Made by a program: the position numbers and the translations under genes. From Squalus acanthias (lineage: Eukaryota), in NCBI GenBank assembly GCA_030390025.1, contig CM059449.1, forward strand, positions 14,756,001-14,820,000: 64,000 nucleotides of DNA, in the 5' to 3' direction. Shown one piece after another: positions 23,601 through 35,600 of the stretch (the first letter of the stretch is position 1; every line of letters starts with the position of its first letter). The notes beneath the pieces are model-generated. The model was not told the origin of the DNA. It made no database searches and saw nothing but the letters and a program-made list of their open reading frames with translations.

Positions 23601-26600
23601 CACTGTCCTTTCCCCCTCTGGGACTGGGTGGTGCGGTGGGTCAGACACTGTCCTTTCCCCCTCTGGGACTGGGTGGTGCGGTGGGTCAGACACTGTCCTT
23701 TCCCCCTCTGGGACTGGGCGGTGTGGTGGGTAAGACACTGTCCTTTCTCCCTCTGGGACTGGGTGGTGCAGTGGGTCAGACACTGTCCTTTCACCCTCTG
23801 GGACTGGGCGGTGCAGTGGGTCAGACACTGTCCTTTCCCCCTCTGGGACTGGGTGGTGCAGTGGGTCAGACACTGTCCTTTCCCCCTCTGGGACTGGGTG
23901 GTGCAGTGGGTCAGACACTGTCCTTTCACCCTCTGGGACTGGGTGGTGCAGTGGGTCAGACACTGTCCTTTCCCCCTCTGGGACTGGGTGGTGCGGTGGG
24001 TCAGACACTGTCTTTTCACCCTCTGGGACTGGGTGGTGCAGTGGGTCAGACACTGTCCGTTCCCCCTCTGGGACTGGGCGGTGCAGTGAGTCAGACACTG
24101 TCCTTTCCCCCTCTGGGACTGGGTGGTGCAGTGGGTCAGACACTGTCCTTTCACCCTCTGGGACTGGGTGGTGCAGTGGGTCAGACACTGTCCTTTCACC
24201 CTCTGGGACTGGGCGGTGCAGTGGGTCAGACACTGTCCTTTCTCCCTCTGGGACTGGGCGGTGCAGTGGGTCAGACACTGTCCTTTCCCCCTCTGGGACT
24301 GGGTGGTGCAGTGGGTCAGACACTGTCCTTTCTCCCTCTGGGACTGGGCTGTGCAGTGGGTCAGACACTGTCCTTTCCCCCTCTGGGACTGGGTGGTGCA
24401 GTGGGTCAGACACTGTCCTTTCCCCCTCTGGGACTGGGTGGTGCAGTGGGTCAGACACTGTCCTTTCCCCCTCTGGGACTGTGTGGTGCAGTGGGTCAGA
24501 CACTGTCCTTTCCCCCTCTGGGACTGGGCGGTGCTGGTGGGTCAGACACTGTCCTTTCTCCCTCTGGGACTGGGTGGTGCAGTGGGTCAGACACTGTCCT
24601 TTCACCCTCTGGGACTGGGCGGTGCAGTGGGTCAGACACTGTCCTTTCCCCCTCTGGGACTGGGTGGTGCAGTGGGTCAGACACTGTCCTTTCCCCCTCT
24701 GGGACTGGGTGGTGCAGGTGGGTCAGACACTGTCCTTTTCACCCTCTGGGACTGGGTGGTGCAGTGGGTCAGACACTGTCCTTTCCCCCTCTGGGACTGG
24801 GCGGTGCAGTGGGTCAGACACTGTCCTTTCCCCCTCTGGGACTGGGTGGTGCAGTGGGTCAGACACTGTCCTTTCACCCTCTGGGACTGGGTGGTGCAGT
24901 GGGTCAGACACTGTCCTTTCACCCTCTGGGACTGGGCGGTGCAGTGGGTCAGACACTGTCCTTTCTCCCTCTGGGACTGGGCGGTGCAGTGGGTCAGACA
25001 CTGTCCTTTCCCCCTCTGGGACTGGGTGGTGCAGTGGGTCAGACACTGTCCTTTCTCCCTCTGGGACTGGGCGGTGCAGTGGGTCAGACACTGTCCTTTC
25101 CCCCTCTGGGACTGGGTGGTGCAGTGGGTCAGACACTGTCCTTTCCCCCTCTGGGACTGGGTGGTGCGGTGGGTCAGACACTGTCCTTTCCCCCTCTGGG
25201 ACTGGGCGGTGTGGTGGGTCAGACACTGTCCTTTCTCCCTCTGGGACTGGGTGGTGCAGTGGGTCAGACACTGTCCTTTCACCCTCTGGGACTGGGCGGT
25301 GCAGTGGGTCAGACACTGTCCTTTCCCCCTCTGGGACTGGGTGGTGCAGTGGGTCAGACACTGTCCTTTCCCACTCTGGGACTGGGTGGTGCAGTGGGTC
25401 AGACACTGTCCTTTCACCCTCTGGGACTGGGTGGTGCAGTGGGTCAGACACTGTCCTTTCCCCCTCTGGGACTGGGTGGTGCGGTGGGTCAGACACTGTC
25501 TTTTAACCCTCTGGGACTGGGTGGTGCAGTGGGTCAGACACTGTCCGTTCCCCCTCTGGGACTGGGCGGTGCAGTGAGTCAGACACTGTCCTTTCCCCCT
25601 CTGGGACTGGGTGGTGCAGTGGGTCAGACACTGTCCTTTCACCCTCTGGGACTGGGTGGTGCAGTGGGTCAGACACTGTCCTTTCACCCTCTGGGACTGG
25701 GCGGTGCAGTGGGTCAGACACTGTCCTTTCTCCCTCTGGGACTGGGCGGTGCAGTGGGTCAGACACTGTCCTTTCCCCCTCTGGGACTGGGTGGTGCAGT
25801 GGGTCAGACACTGTCCTTTCTCCCTCTGGGACTGGGCTGTGCAGTGGGTCAGACACTGTCCTTTCCCCCTCTGGGACTGGGTGGTGCAGTGGGTCAGACA
25901 CTGTCCTTTCCCCCTCTGGGACTGGGTGGTGCAGTGGGTCAGACACTGTCCTTTCCCCCTCTGGGACTGTGTGGTGCAGTGGGTCAGACACTGTCCTTTC
26001 CCCCTCTGGGACTGGGCGGTGTGGTGGGTAAGACACTGTCCTTTCTCCCTCTGGGACTGGGTGGTGCAGTGGGTCAGACACTGTCCTTTCACCCTCTGGG
26101 ACTGGGCGGTGCAGTGGGTCAGACACTGTCCTTTCCCCCTCTGGGACTGGGTGGTGCAGTGGGTCAGACACTGTCCTTTCCCCCTCTGGGACTGGGTGGT
26201 GCAGTGGGTCAGACACTGTCCTTTCACCCTCTGGGACTGGGTGGTGCAGTGGGTCAGACACTGTCCTTTCCCCCTCTGGGACTGGGTGGTGCGGTGGGTC
26301 AGACACTGTCTTTTCACCCTCTGGGACTGGGTGGTGCAGTGGGTCAGACACTGTCCGTTCCCCCTCTGGGACTGGGCGGTGCAGTGAGTCAGACACTGTC
26401 CTTTCCCCCTCTGGGACTGGGTGGTGCAGTGGGTCAGACACTGTCCTTTCACCCTCTGGGACTGGGTGGTGCAGTGGGTCAGACACTGTCCTTTCACCCT
26501 CTGGGACTGGGCGGTGCAGTGGGTCAGACACTGTCCTTTCTCCCTCTGGGACTGGGCGGTGCAGTGGGTCAGACACTGTCCTTTCCCCCTCTGGGACTGG

Positions 26601-29600
26601 GTGGTGCAGTGGGTCAGACACTGTCCTTTCTCCCTCTGGGACTGGGCGGTGCAGTGGGTCAGACACTGTCCTTTCCCCCTCTGGGACTGGGTGGTGCGGT
26701 GGGTCAGACACTGTCTTTCACCCTCTGGGACTGGGTGGTGCAGTGGGTCAGACACTGTCCGTTCCCCCTCTGGGACTGGGCGGTGCAGTGAGTCAGACAC
26801 TGTCCTTTCCCCCTCTGGGACTGGGTGGTGCAGTGGGTCAGACACTGTCCTTTCACCCTCTGGGACTGGGTGGTGCAGTGGGTCAGACACTGTCCTTTCA
26901 CCCTCTGGGACTGGGCGGTGCAGTGGGTCAGACACTGTCCTTTCTCCCTCTGGGACTGGGCGGTGCAGTGGGTCAGACACTGTCCTTTCCCCCTCTGGGA
27001 CTGGGTGGTGCAGTGGGTCAGACACTGTCCTTTCTCCCTCTGGGACTGGGCGGTGCAGTGGGTCAGACACTGTCCTTTCCCCCTCTGGGACTGGGTGGTG
27101 CAGTGGGTCAGACACTGTCCTTTCCCCCTCTGGGACTGGGTGGTGCGGTGGGTCAGACACTGTCCTTTCCCCCTCTGGGACTGGGCGGTGTGGTGGGTAA
27201 GACACTGTCCTTTCTCCCTCTGGGACTGGGTGGTGCAGTGGGTCAGACACTGTCCTTTCACCCTCTGGGACTGGGCGGTGCAGTGGGTCAGACACTGTCC
27301 TTTCCCCCTCTGGGACTGGGTGGTGCAGTGGGTCAGACACTGTCCTTTCCCACTCTGGGACTGGGTGGTGCAGTGGGTCAGACACTGTCCTTTCACCCTC
27401 TGGGACTGGGTGGTGCAGTGGGTCAGACACTGTCCTTTCCCCCTCTGGGACTGGGTGGTGCGGTGGGTCAGACACTGTCTTTTAACCCTCTGGGACTGGG
27501 TGGTGCAGTGGGTCAGACACTGTCCGTTCCCCCTCTGGGACTGGGCGGTGCAGTGAGTCAGACACTGTCCTTTCCCCCTCTGGGACTGGGTGGTGCAGTG
27601 GGTCAGACACTGTCCTTTCACCCTCTGGGACTGGGTGGTGCAGTGGGTCAGACACTGTCCTTTCACCCTCTGGGACTGGGCGGTGCAGTGGGTCAGACAC
27701 TGTCCTTTCTCCCTCTGGGACTGGGCGGTGCAGTGGGTCAGACACTGTCCTTTCCCCCTCTGGGACTGGGTGGTGCAGTGGGTCAGACACTGTCCTTTCT
27801 CCCTCTGGGACTGGGCTGTGCAGTGGGTCAGACACTGTCCTTTCCCCCTCTGGGACCGGGTGGTGCAGTGGGTCAGACATTGTCCTTTCCCCCTCTGGGA
27901 CTGGGTGGTGCAGTGGGTCAGACACTGTCCTTTCCCCCTCTGGGACTGTGTGGTGCAGTGGGTCAGACACTGTCCTTTCCCCCTCTGGGACTGGGCGGTG
28001 TGGTGGGTAAGACACTGTCCTTTCTCCCTCTGGGACTGGGTGGTGCAGTGGGTCAGACACTGTCCTTTCACCCTCTGGGACTGGGCGGTGCAGTGGGTCA
28101 GACACTGTCCTTTCCCCCTCTGGGACTGGGTGGTGCAGTGGGTCAGACACTGTCCTTTCCCCCTCTGGGACTGGGTGGTGCAGTGGGTCAGACACTGTCC
28201 TTTCACCCTCTGGGACTGGGTGGTGCAGTGGGTCAGACACTGTCCTTTCCCCCTCTGGGACTGGGTGGTGCGGTGGGTCAGACACTGTCTTTTCACCCTC
28301 TGGGACTGGGTGGTGCAGTGGGTCAGACACTGTCCGTTCCCCCTCTGGGACTGGGCGGTGCAGTGAGTCAGACACTGTCCTTTCCCCCTCTGGGACTGGG
28401 TGGTGCAGTGGGTCAGACACTGTCCTTTCACCCTCTGGGACTGGGTGGTGCAGTGGGTCAGACACTGTCCTTTCACCCTCTGGGACTGGGCGGTGCAGTG
28501 GGTCAGACACTGTCCTTTCTCCCTCTGGGACTGGGCGGTGCAGTGGGTCAGACACTGTCCTTTCCCCCTCTGGGACTGGGTGGTGCAGTGGGTCAGACAC
28601 TGTCCTTTCTCCCTCTGGGACTGGGCGGTGCAGTGGGTCAGACACTGTCCTTTCCCCCTCTGGGACTGGGTGGTGCAGTGGGTCAGACACTGTCCTTTCA
28701 ACCTCTGGGACTGGGTGGTGCAGTGGGTCAGGCTCTGTTCTTTTCCCCTCTGGGACTGGGTGGTGCAGTGGGTCAGACACTGTCCTTTCCCCCTCTGGGA
28801 CTGGGTGGTGTGGTGGGTCAGACACTGTCCTTTCCCCATCTGGGACTGGGTGGTGCGGTTGGTCAGACACTGTCCTTTCTCCCTCTGGGACTGGGTGGTG
28901 CAGTGGGTCAGACACTGTCCTTTCCCCTTCTGGGACTGGGTGGTGCAGTGGGTCAGACACTGTCCTTTCACCCTCTGGGACTGGGTGGTGCAGTGGGTCA
29001 GACAATGTCCTTTCACCCTCTGGGACTGGGTGGTGCAGTGGGTCAGACACTGTCCTTTCACCCTCTGGGACTGGGTGGTGCAGTGGGTCAGACTCTGTCC
29101 TTTCACCCTCTGGGACTGGGTGGTGCAGTGGGTCAGTCGCTGTCCTTTCCCCCTCTGGGACTGGGTGGTGCAGTGGGTCAGACACTGTCCTTTCTCCCTC
29201 TGGGACTGGGTGGTGCAGTGGGTCAGACACTGTCCTTTCACCCTCTGGGACTGGGTGGTGCAGTGGGTCAGACTCTGTCCTTTCACCCTCTGGGACTGGG
29301 TGGTGCAGTGGGTCAGTCGCTGTCCTTTCCCCCTCTGGGACTGGGTGGTGCAGTGGGTCAGACACTGTCCTTTCTCCCTCTGGGACTGGGCGGTGCAGTG
29401 GGTCAGACACTGTCCTTTCCCCCTCTGGGACTGGGTGGTGCAGTGGGTCAGACACTGTCCTTTCACCCTCTGGGACTGGGTGGTGCAGTGGGTCAGGCTC
29501 AGTTCTTTTCCCCTCTGGACTGGGTGGTGCGGTGGGTCAGACACTGTCCTTTCCCCCTCTGGGACTGGGTGGTGCGGTGGGTCAGACACTGTCCTTTCCC

Positions 29601-32600
29601 CCTCTGGGACTGGGTGGTGCGGTGGGTCAGACACTGTCCTTTCTCCCTCTGGGACTGGGTGGTGCGGTGGGTCAGACACTGTCCTTTCACCCTCTGGGAC
29701 TGGGTGGTGCAGTGGGTCAGACTCTGTCCTTTCACCCTCTGGGACTGGGTGGTGCAGTGGGTCAGTCGCTGTCCTTTCCCCCTCTGGGACTGGGTGGTGC
29801 AGTGGGTCAGACACTGTCCTTTCTACCTCTGGGACTGGGTGGTGCAGTGGGTCAGACACTGTCCTTTCACCCTCTGGGACTGGGTGGTGCAGTGGGTCAG
29901 ACTCTGTCCTTTCACCCTCTGGGACTGGGTGGTGCAGTGGGTCAGTCGCTGTCCTTTCCCCCTCTGGGACTGGGTGGTGCAGTGGGTCAGACACTGTCCT
30001 TTCTCCCTCTGGGACTGGGCGGTGCAGTGGGTCAGACACTGTCCTTTCCCCCTCTGGGACTGAGTGGTGCAGTGGGTCAGACACTGTCCTTTCACCCTCT
30101 GGGACTGGGTGGTGCAGTGGGTCAGGCTCTGTTCTTTTCCCCTCTGGGACTGGGTGGTGCGGTGGGTCAGACACTGTCCTTTCCCCCTCTGGGACTGGGT
30201 GGTGTGGTGGGTCAGACACTGTCCTTTCACCCTCTGGGACTGGGTGGTGCGGTGGGTCAGACACTGTCCTTTCTCCCTCTGGGACTGGGTGGTGCAGTGG
30301 GTCAGACACTGTCCTTTCTCCCTCTGGGACTGGGTGGTGCAGTGGGTCAGACACTGTCCTTTCCCCTTCTGGGACTGGGTGGTGCAGTGGGTCAGACACT
30401 GTCCTTTCACCCTCTGGGACTGGGTGGTGCAGTGGGTCAGACTCTGTCCTTTCACCCTCTGGGACTGGGTGGTACGGTGGGTCAGACACTGTCTTTTCCC
30501 CTCTGGGACTGGGCAAAGGATCATTGAAATCTCCCCCGAAAAGCTTTTAAGGCTGGGGGGTCAATTGAACATTTCAAAATTGAGATCGATAGATTTTTGT
30601 TAGGCAAATGTAGTAGTGGATATGGAACCAAGGCGGATCGATGGAGTTAAGATCCATATCAACCATAATTTAATTGAATGGTGGAACAGGCTCGAGGGGC
30701 TGAATGGCCTCCTCTTGTTCCTGTCTTCCAATGTTCCTATCTGACTTGCTTTCTTCTCCACAGCGAAAACAAAATCTATCATGCTTCTATTGTCAATCGT
30801 ATCCATCAGCACGGTTGTGGAAGTGAGCATCCTTCTAATTATTGCACTGCTCTGTGTGTATCTACGCAGAATGAAAGGTAATGGTGTTAATCATTTGCTG
30901 TTTGCCAATTGCTAAGGCTGTGAATTTTTGTGTTGGGAAGATTGACATCTGACTACTTAAGGCAGAGGTATCCAATCTGCGGCCCTCGAGGTACGTTGGC
31001 AAGTGGGTACAGTTCTTCTTAGGCAGTCCCTCGGAACCGAGGATGACTTACTTCCCCATTAAAAATGAGTCCTCAGGTGACTGATGATTCCAATGCGGGA
31101 CCGACAGTCTCTGTCACAGGTGGGGCAGACAGTGATTGAAGGGGCGGGTGGGTGGGGTGCTTGGGTTGACGTGCGCTCCTTGCACTGCTTGCGCTTGGCT
31201 TCCGCTTGCTCCCAGCGATGAGACTCGAGGTGTTCGGCGCCTTCCCGGATGCTTCTCCTCCACTTTGTGCGGTCTTGGGCCAGGGATTCCCAGGTGTCGG
31301 TGGGGATGTTGCACTTTTTCAAGGAGGCTTTGAGGGTGTCCTTGAAGCGTTTCCTCTGCCCACCTGGGGCTCTCTTGCTGTGTCGGAGCTCCGAGTAGAG
31401 CGCTTGTTTTGGGAGTCTCGCAGTCGGGCATGCGGACGATGTGGCCCGTCCATCGGAGCTGACCGAGCGTGGTCAAAGCTTCGATGCTGGGGATGTTGGC
31501 CTGAGCGAGAACACTGACGTTGGTGCGCCTATCCTGCCAATGGATTTGCAGGATCTTGCGGAGGCAGCGTTGGTGGTACCGCTCCAGTGCTTTGAGGTGC
31601 CTGCTGTACATGGTCCATGTATACGGTAGTGTAGTAGAGATGGTACTGGACCAGCAACCCAGTGGTCGTGTGTTAAAACCGCACCCTAGTTCGCTGTGAA
31701 TATAAATTTAATAAATGTGATGATTTATTAGCGGGGGGTTGGGGGGGGTGGCGTTGGTGATTATAAAAGTTGCGGAACTTTGTAAAACCTTAGCTGGGAA
31801 TCTGCCATTGTGTCCTGATCTACAGGTAACTTCAGTTGAGGCTTGATGCTCTCTCAAGTATGAGCTACTTACTTAGAATAGCAACTGCTTCAAGAAAGAA
31901 ATACTTGCAATTATATAGCGCCTTTCATGCTCTCAGGACATCCCAAAGTGAACAGCCAATGAGGTACCTTTGAAGTGGAGTCACTGTTGTAATGTAGGGA
32001 ACCGCAGCAGCCAATTTGCGCACAGCCAGCTCCCACTCACAGCAATGTGACAATGACCAGATAAGCTGTTTTTGTTATGTTGATTGAAGGATAAATATTG
32101 GCCCAGGACACCGGGGAGAACTCCTCTGCTCTTCTTCGAAATAGTAGCCATGGGATCTTTTACCGAGAGAGCAGACGGGGCCTCGGTTTAACGTCTCATC
32201 CGAAAGATGGCACCTCTGACAGTGCAGCACCCCCGCAGCACTGCCTTGGAGTGTCGGCCTGGATTTTTGTGCTCAGATCTCTGGAGTGGGGACTTGAACC
32301 CACAACCTTCTGACTCAGAGGCGAGAGAGAGCGCTACCCACTGAGCCACGGCTGAAAAAGTCTCACCACCAGCTTCTTAGGGAAATCAGGAATGGGTAAT
32401 AATGGTTTCCTATATGAACAAATAAAAAAAAAAATGTAGGGGTAATTTTAAGCTAACTCGCTGGGCGGGAATCCCACGGGATTCGGTGGAACGCCGGTTT
32501 TACACTTGCTCCAATATTGACTTCAACGAAGAGCGAAATTGGGTGGGGTGTAAAACCGGCGTTGCACCCGATCCCGTCAGTTTCCCGATGAGTGGGTTAG

Positions 32601-35600
32601 GTTAAAATTGCCCCCATGTGCGTCCTGAGACCTAATAATGTGACCTTTGAAGCCAAGGTAATTTGTGCGTAATGAGGTAGGAATTTGTTATGGGTGGTAA
32701 CACAAAACGGGCAGTATCGCATGGCTGACTGTTACTTGCCCTCCAATAATCAGTTCCTTTGGCTTAAATGGATCTGATTACTGAGTGGGACGTTTAGCCG
32801 GCGGCCAATGCGATATTGCCCATTGTGCACTTTTGCCCAAGATTATTTCCACCGCCTTTCTCACTTTGGTGGGCCTGGAGGTTTGCAACGAGCTCCCCCG
32901 CCCCCTCACTGTTGTTTGGTTGCCGGATTAATCCTCAATCAGAACACTAAGAGCAACTCGAGGCCATTGCAAATTAATGGGACATGGATGCAGACTTTAC
33001 ATGCGAGTCCTCGCCCCAAGGCTCTGTGCTACATGCCTGTGTGGCCCAGGAGGACAAACACTGAGATACCACACCCTCTGCTCTCGGTGTCCATGCTACA
33101 TTTCTTATGCCTTGACATCATGCTGTGAGAAACGGGTGCGTGAAGGTTTAATGCGTTTGTGCGAAGTTGCTTTCTCCATCAGTTTAATATACAGGCTAGT
33201 GTGTCAAATAAACAGATAAATCCCTCCCTTAGAATGGCAGACTGAGGAATTTAGTCTGATCTTCACAAAGCGGCAAGGCCCAAGAGTTTCCAAAAGCAAA
33301 ATACTGCGGATGCTGGAAATCTGAAATAAAAACCGAAAATGCTGGAAATACTCAGCAGGTCAGGCAACATCTGTGGAGAGAGAAACAGAGTTAACGTTTC
33401 AGGTCGCTGACCCTTCGTCAGAACTGGAAAAAGCTGCTGGAGATGGAACAGGTTTTTAAGCAAGTGCAGGGGCAGGGAAAGGGGGGAGGGACAGAAAGAA
33501 CAAAAGGGAAGCTCAGTGATAGGGTGGAAGGCAGGAGAGATTAAGAGAGATTAAGAGATGGTTCAAGGCAAAAAGAGATGGTAATGGGACAAGTTAAGAA
33601 ACAAATGATGGCTCTAGATGAAGTGTAAATGGCAATGGCAGAATGGAAGTCAGCTGTCATGTGGGAGAGAGAAAATAAATTTAAAAAAAAACAAGAGTTT
33701 CCGTTTGATTTAGAATATTAATAATTACATAGACATTACAGCACAGAAACAGGCCGTTCGGCCCAACTGGTCCGTGCCGGTGTTTATGCTCCACACGAGC
33801 CTCCTCCCACCTTCCATCATCTCACCCCATCAGCACACCCTTCTATTCCTTTCTCCCTCATGTACTTATCTGGCTTCCCCTTAAATGCGCCTGTGCTATT
33901 CGCCTCAACCACTCCCTGTGGCAGCGAGTTCCACATTCTCAGCACTCTCTGGGTAAAGAAGTTTCTCCTGAATTCCCGATTGGATTTATTAGTGACTATC
34001 TTATATTGATGGCCTCTAGTTTTGGACTCCCCCACAAGTGGAAACATCTTCTCTACGTCTACCCTATCCAACCTCTTTCATAATTTTAAAGACCTCTCAT
34101 TAGGCCTTCTCTTTTCTAGAGATGCATTTTAAGATAAAACACATTTAAAAAAAAAATTAAGAGAAACGACTTGCATTTATACAGTGCTTTATCATGTCTC
34201 TCATATGTATTGAATCACTTCACACAATGAATTATTTTGAAGTGAAGTCATTGTTTCTACCTGGGCAAAGTTGACAGCGATCAGAAGTAAGAAATATATT
34301 TTTGTAATCCACTTTTCTTTCTTATCTCCCTTTTCATTAGGCCGTGAACGGGCTGAAAGGTGGGTAATTGTTAAGCAAATATACGTTCATATGATAAGAA
34401 GTGCACGCAGTTGACATATATGACCACATGCGGTTGACTTCTATCATCTTCTTGCTCTGCAGACAAGAAACAGTTGTTCCAGATGTCGCTTTGCTGGACG
34501 GTAAGTAAAGCTGGGTTTAATCCCTGGGACAAACAACAGAAGTCTTCTATAGGGATATTGGAGCCCAGAAATTACAATTTGTGATATATATTCGTGCGCG
34601 AGACATTCCACTGTCTGATCTTTTAAGAGACATTTGCGGTTGAAAGTGGATATGGGGACACAAAACAGGCTGGAATCGTAAGTTGCCCACCGTTATTCCA
34701 CACGCCTGATATTCAGTTCTATTGAAGTCAATATTGAATTTTAGCCGGGCGGGAATCCCATGGGACCGGGTGGAATGCACCCCGCCCGATGTCACTCTCC
34801 ATTGACTTCAGTAAAGAGTAAAATTGGGCAGGTTGTCATGCCAGCGCTCGTCAGTTTCCCGACGGGTGGATTCGGCAACAATTGCAATTGTTTCAATTGA
34901 CTTTGTTGAAATGCATAGTTGACTTTGTTTTAAAAAAAAAATGCAGTCAGTTGATTTACCACGCGTGATCTACTGAAAGAATTTCTTAAAATACAAGGTA
35001 TTCAATGATTTGTTAAATTTTCTTTACACCCATAAAGGGGCTCTCTACGCGGGAGTCCTCCCTTTATTGATTGGGGACTTGGCCTGGAGGGTGTTGCACA
35101 GAGCAGTCCCGTGCAATAAAGCTTTAAGTCAGTTCACGGACTCCCAGGCCGCCTGCCTTTTCTGCGGCCTGGAGGAGTCCGTGTTCCACGTTTATACGGA
35201 GTGTGAGCGGTTGCAGCCCCTCTGCCATTATTTGAAGGGGCTGCTCCTTGATTTCTGGCTGCACTTCAGTCCCACGCTCCTGATCTTCGGTCACCCGGTG
35301 CGGAGGGGAGCGGGCAGGTCGGGGGGACCTCCTCGTGGGGCTGCTCCTGGGCCTGGCCAAAGTGGCCATTAACTGGTCCAGGCAGCGGGCGGTCGAGGGG
35401 GTCGTTCGGCCCGACTGCCTGCCCCTCTTCCGCGGCCACATTCGCGCCCGGGTGGCCCTGGAGATGGAGCACGCAGTGTCCGCCGACATGCTCGAGGCCT
35501 TCCGCGACCAGTGGGCACCGCGGGGACTGGAGTGCATCATCACCCCCGGTAACCAAATTTTAATTTAATTTGTTAAGTTTCATTTACAGTTACAGTTTAT

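Noticed and set aside
22036-30513. Ig class-switch-like region (45-bp unit with G runs and a TGCA WGCW motif, lying between V and TM)
   Set aside because: G and C are nearly balanced in the unit (15 vs 13), there is no partner array upstream of the V exons and no alternative downstream constant exon; a SINE-derived satellite is simpler.
6722-30513. CRISPR array
   Set aside because: Head-to-tail repeats without unique spacers, in a vertebrate context.
21966-30603. Very long ORFs (up to 1270 aa)
   Set aside because: Translations of a stop-poor 45-bp satellite, open in most frames on both strands.
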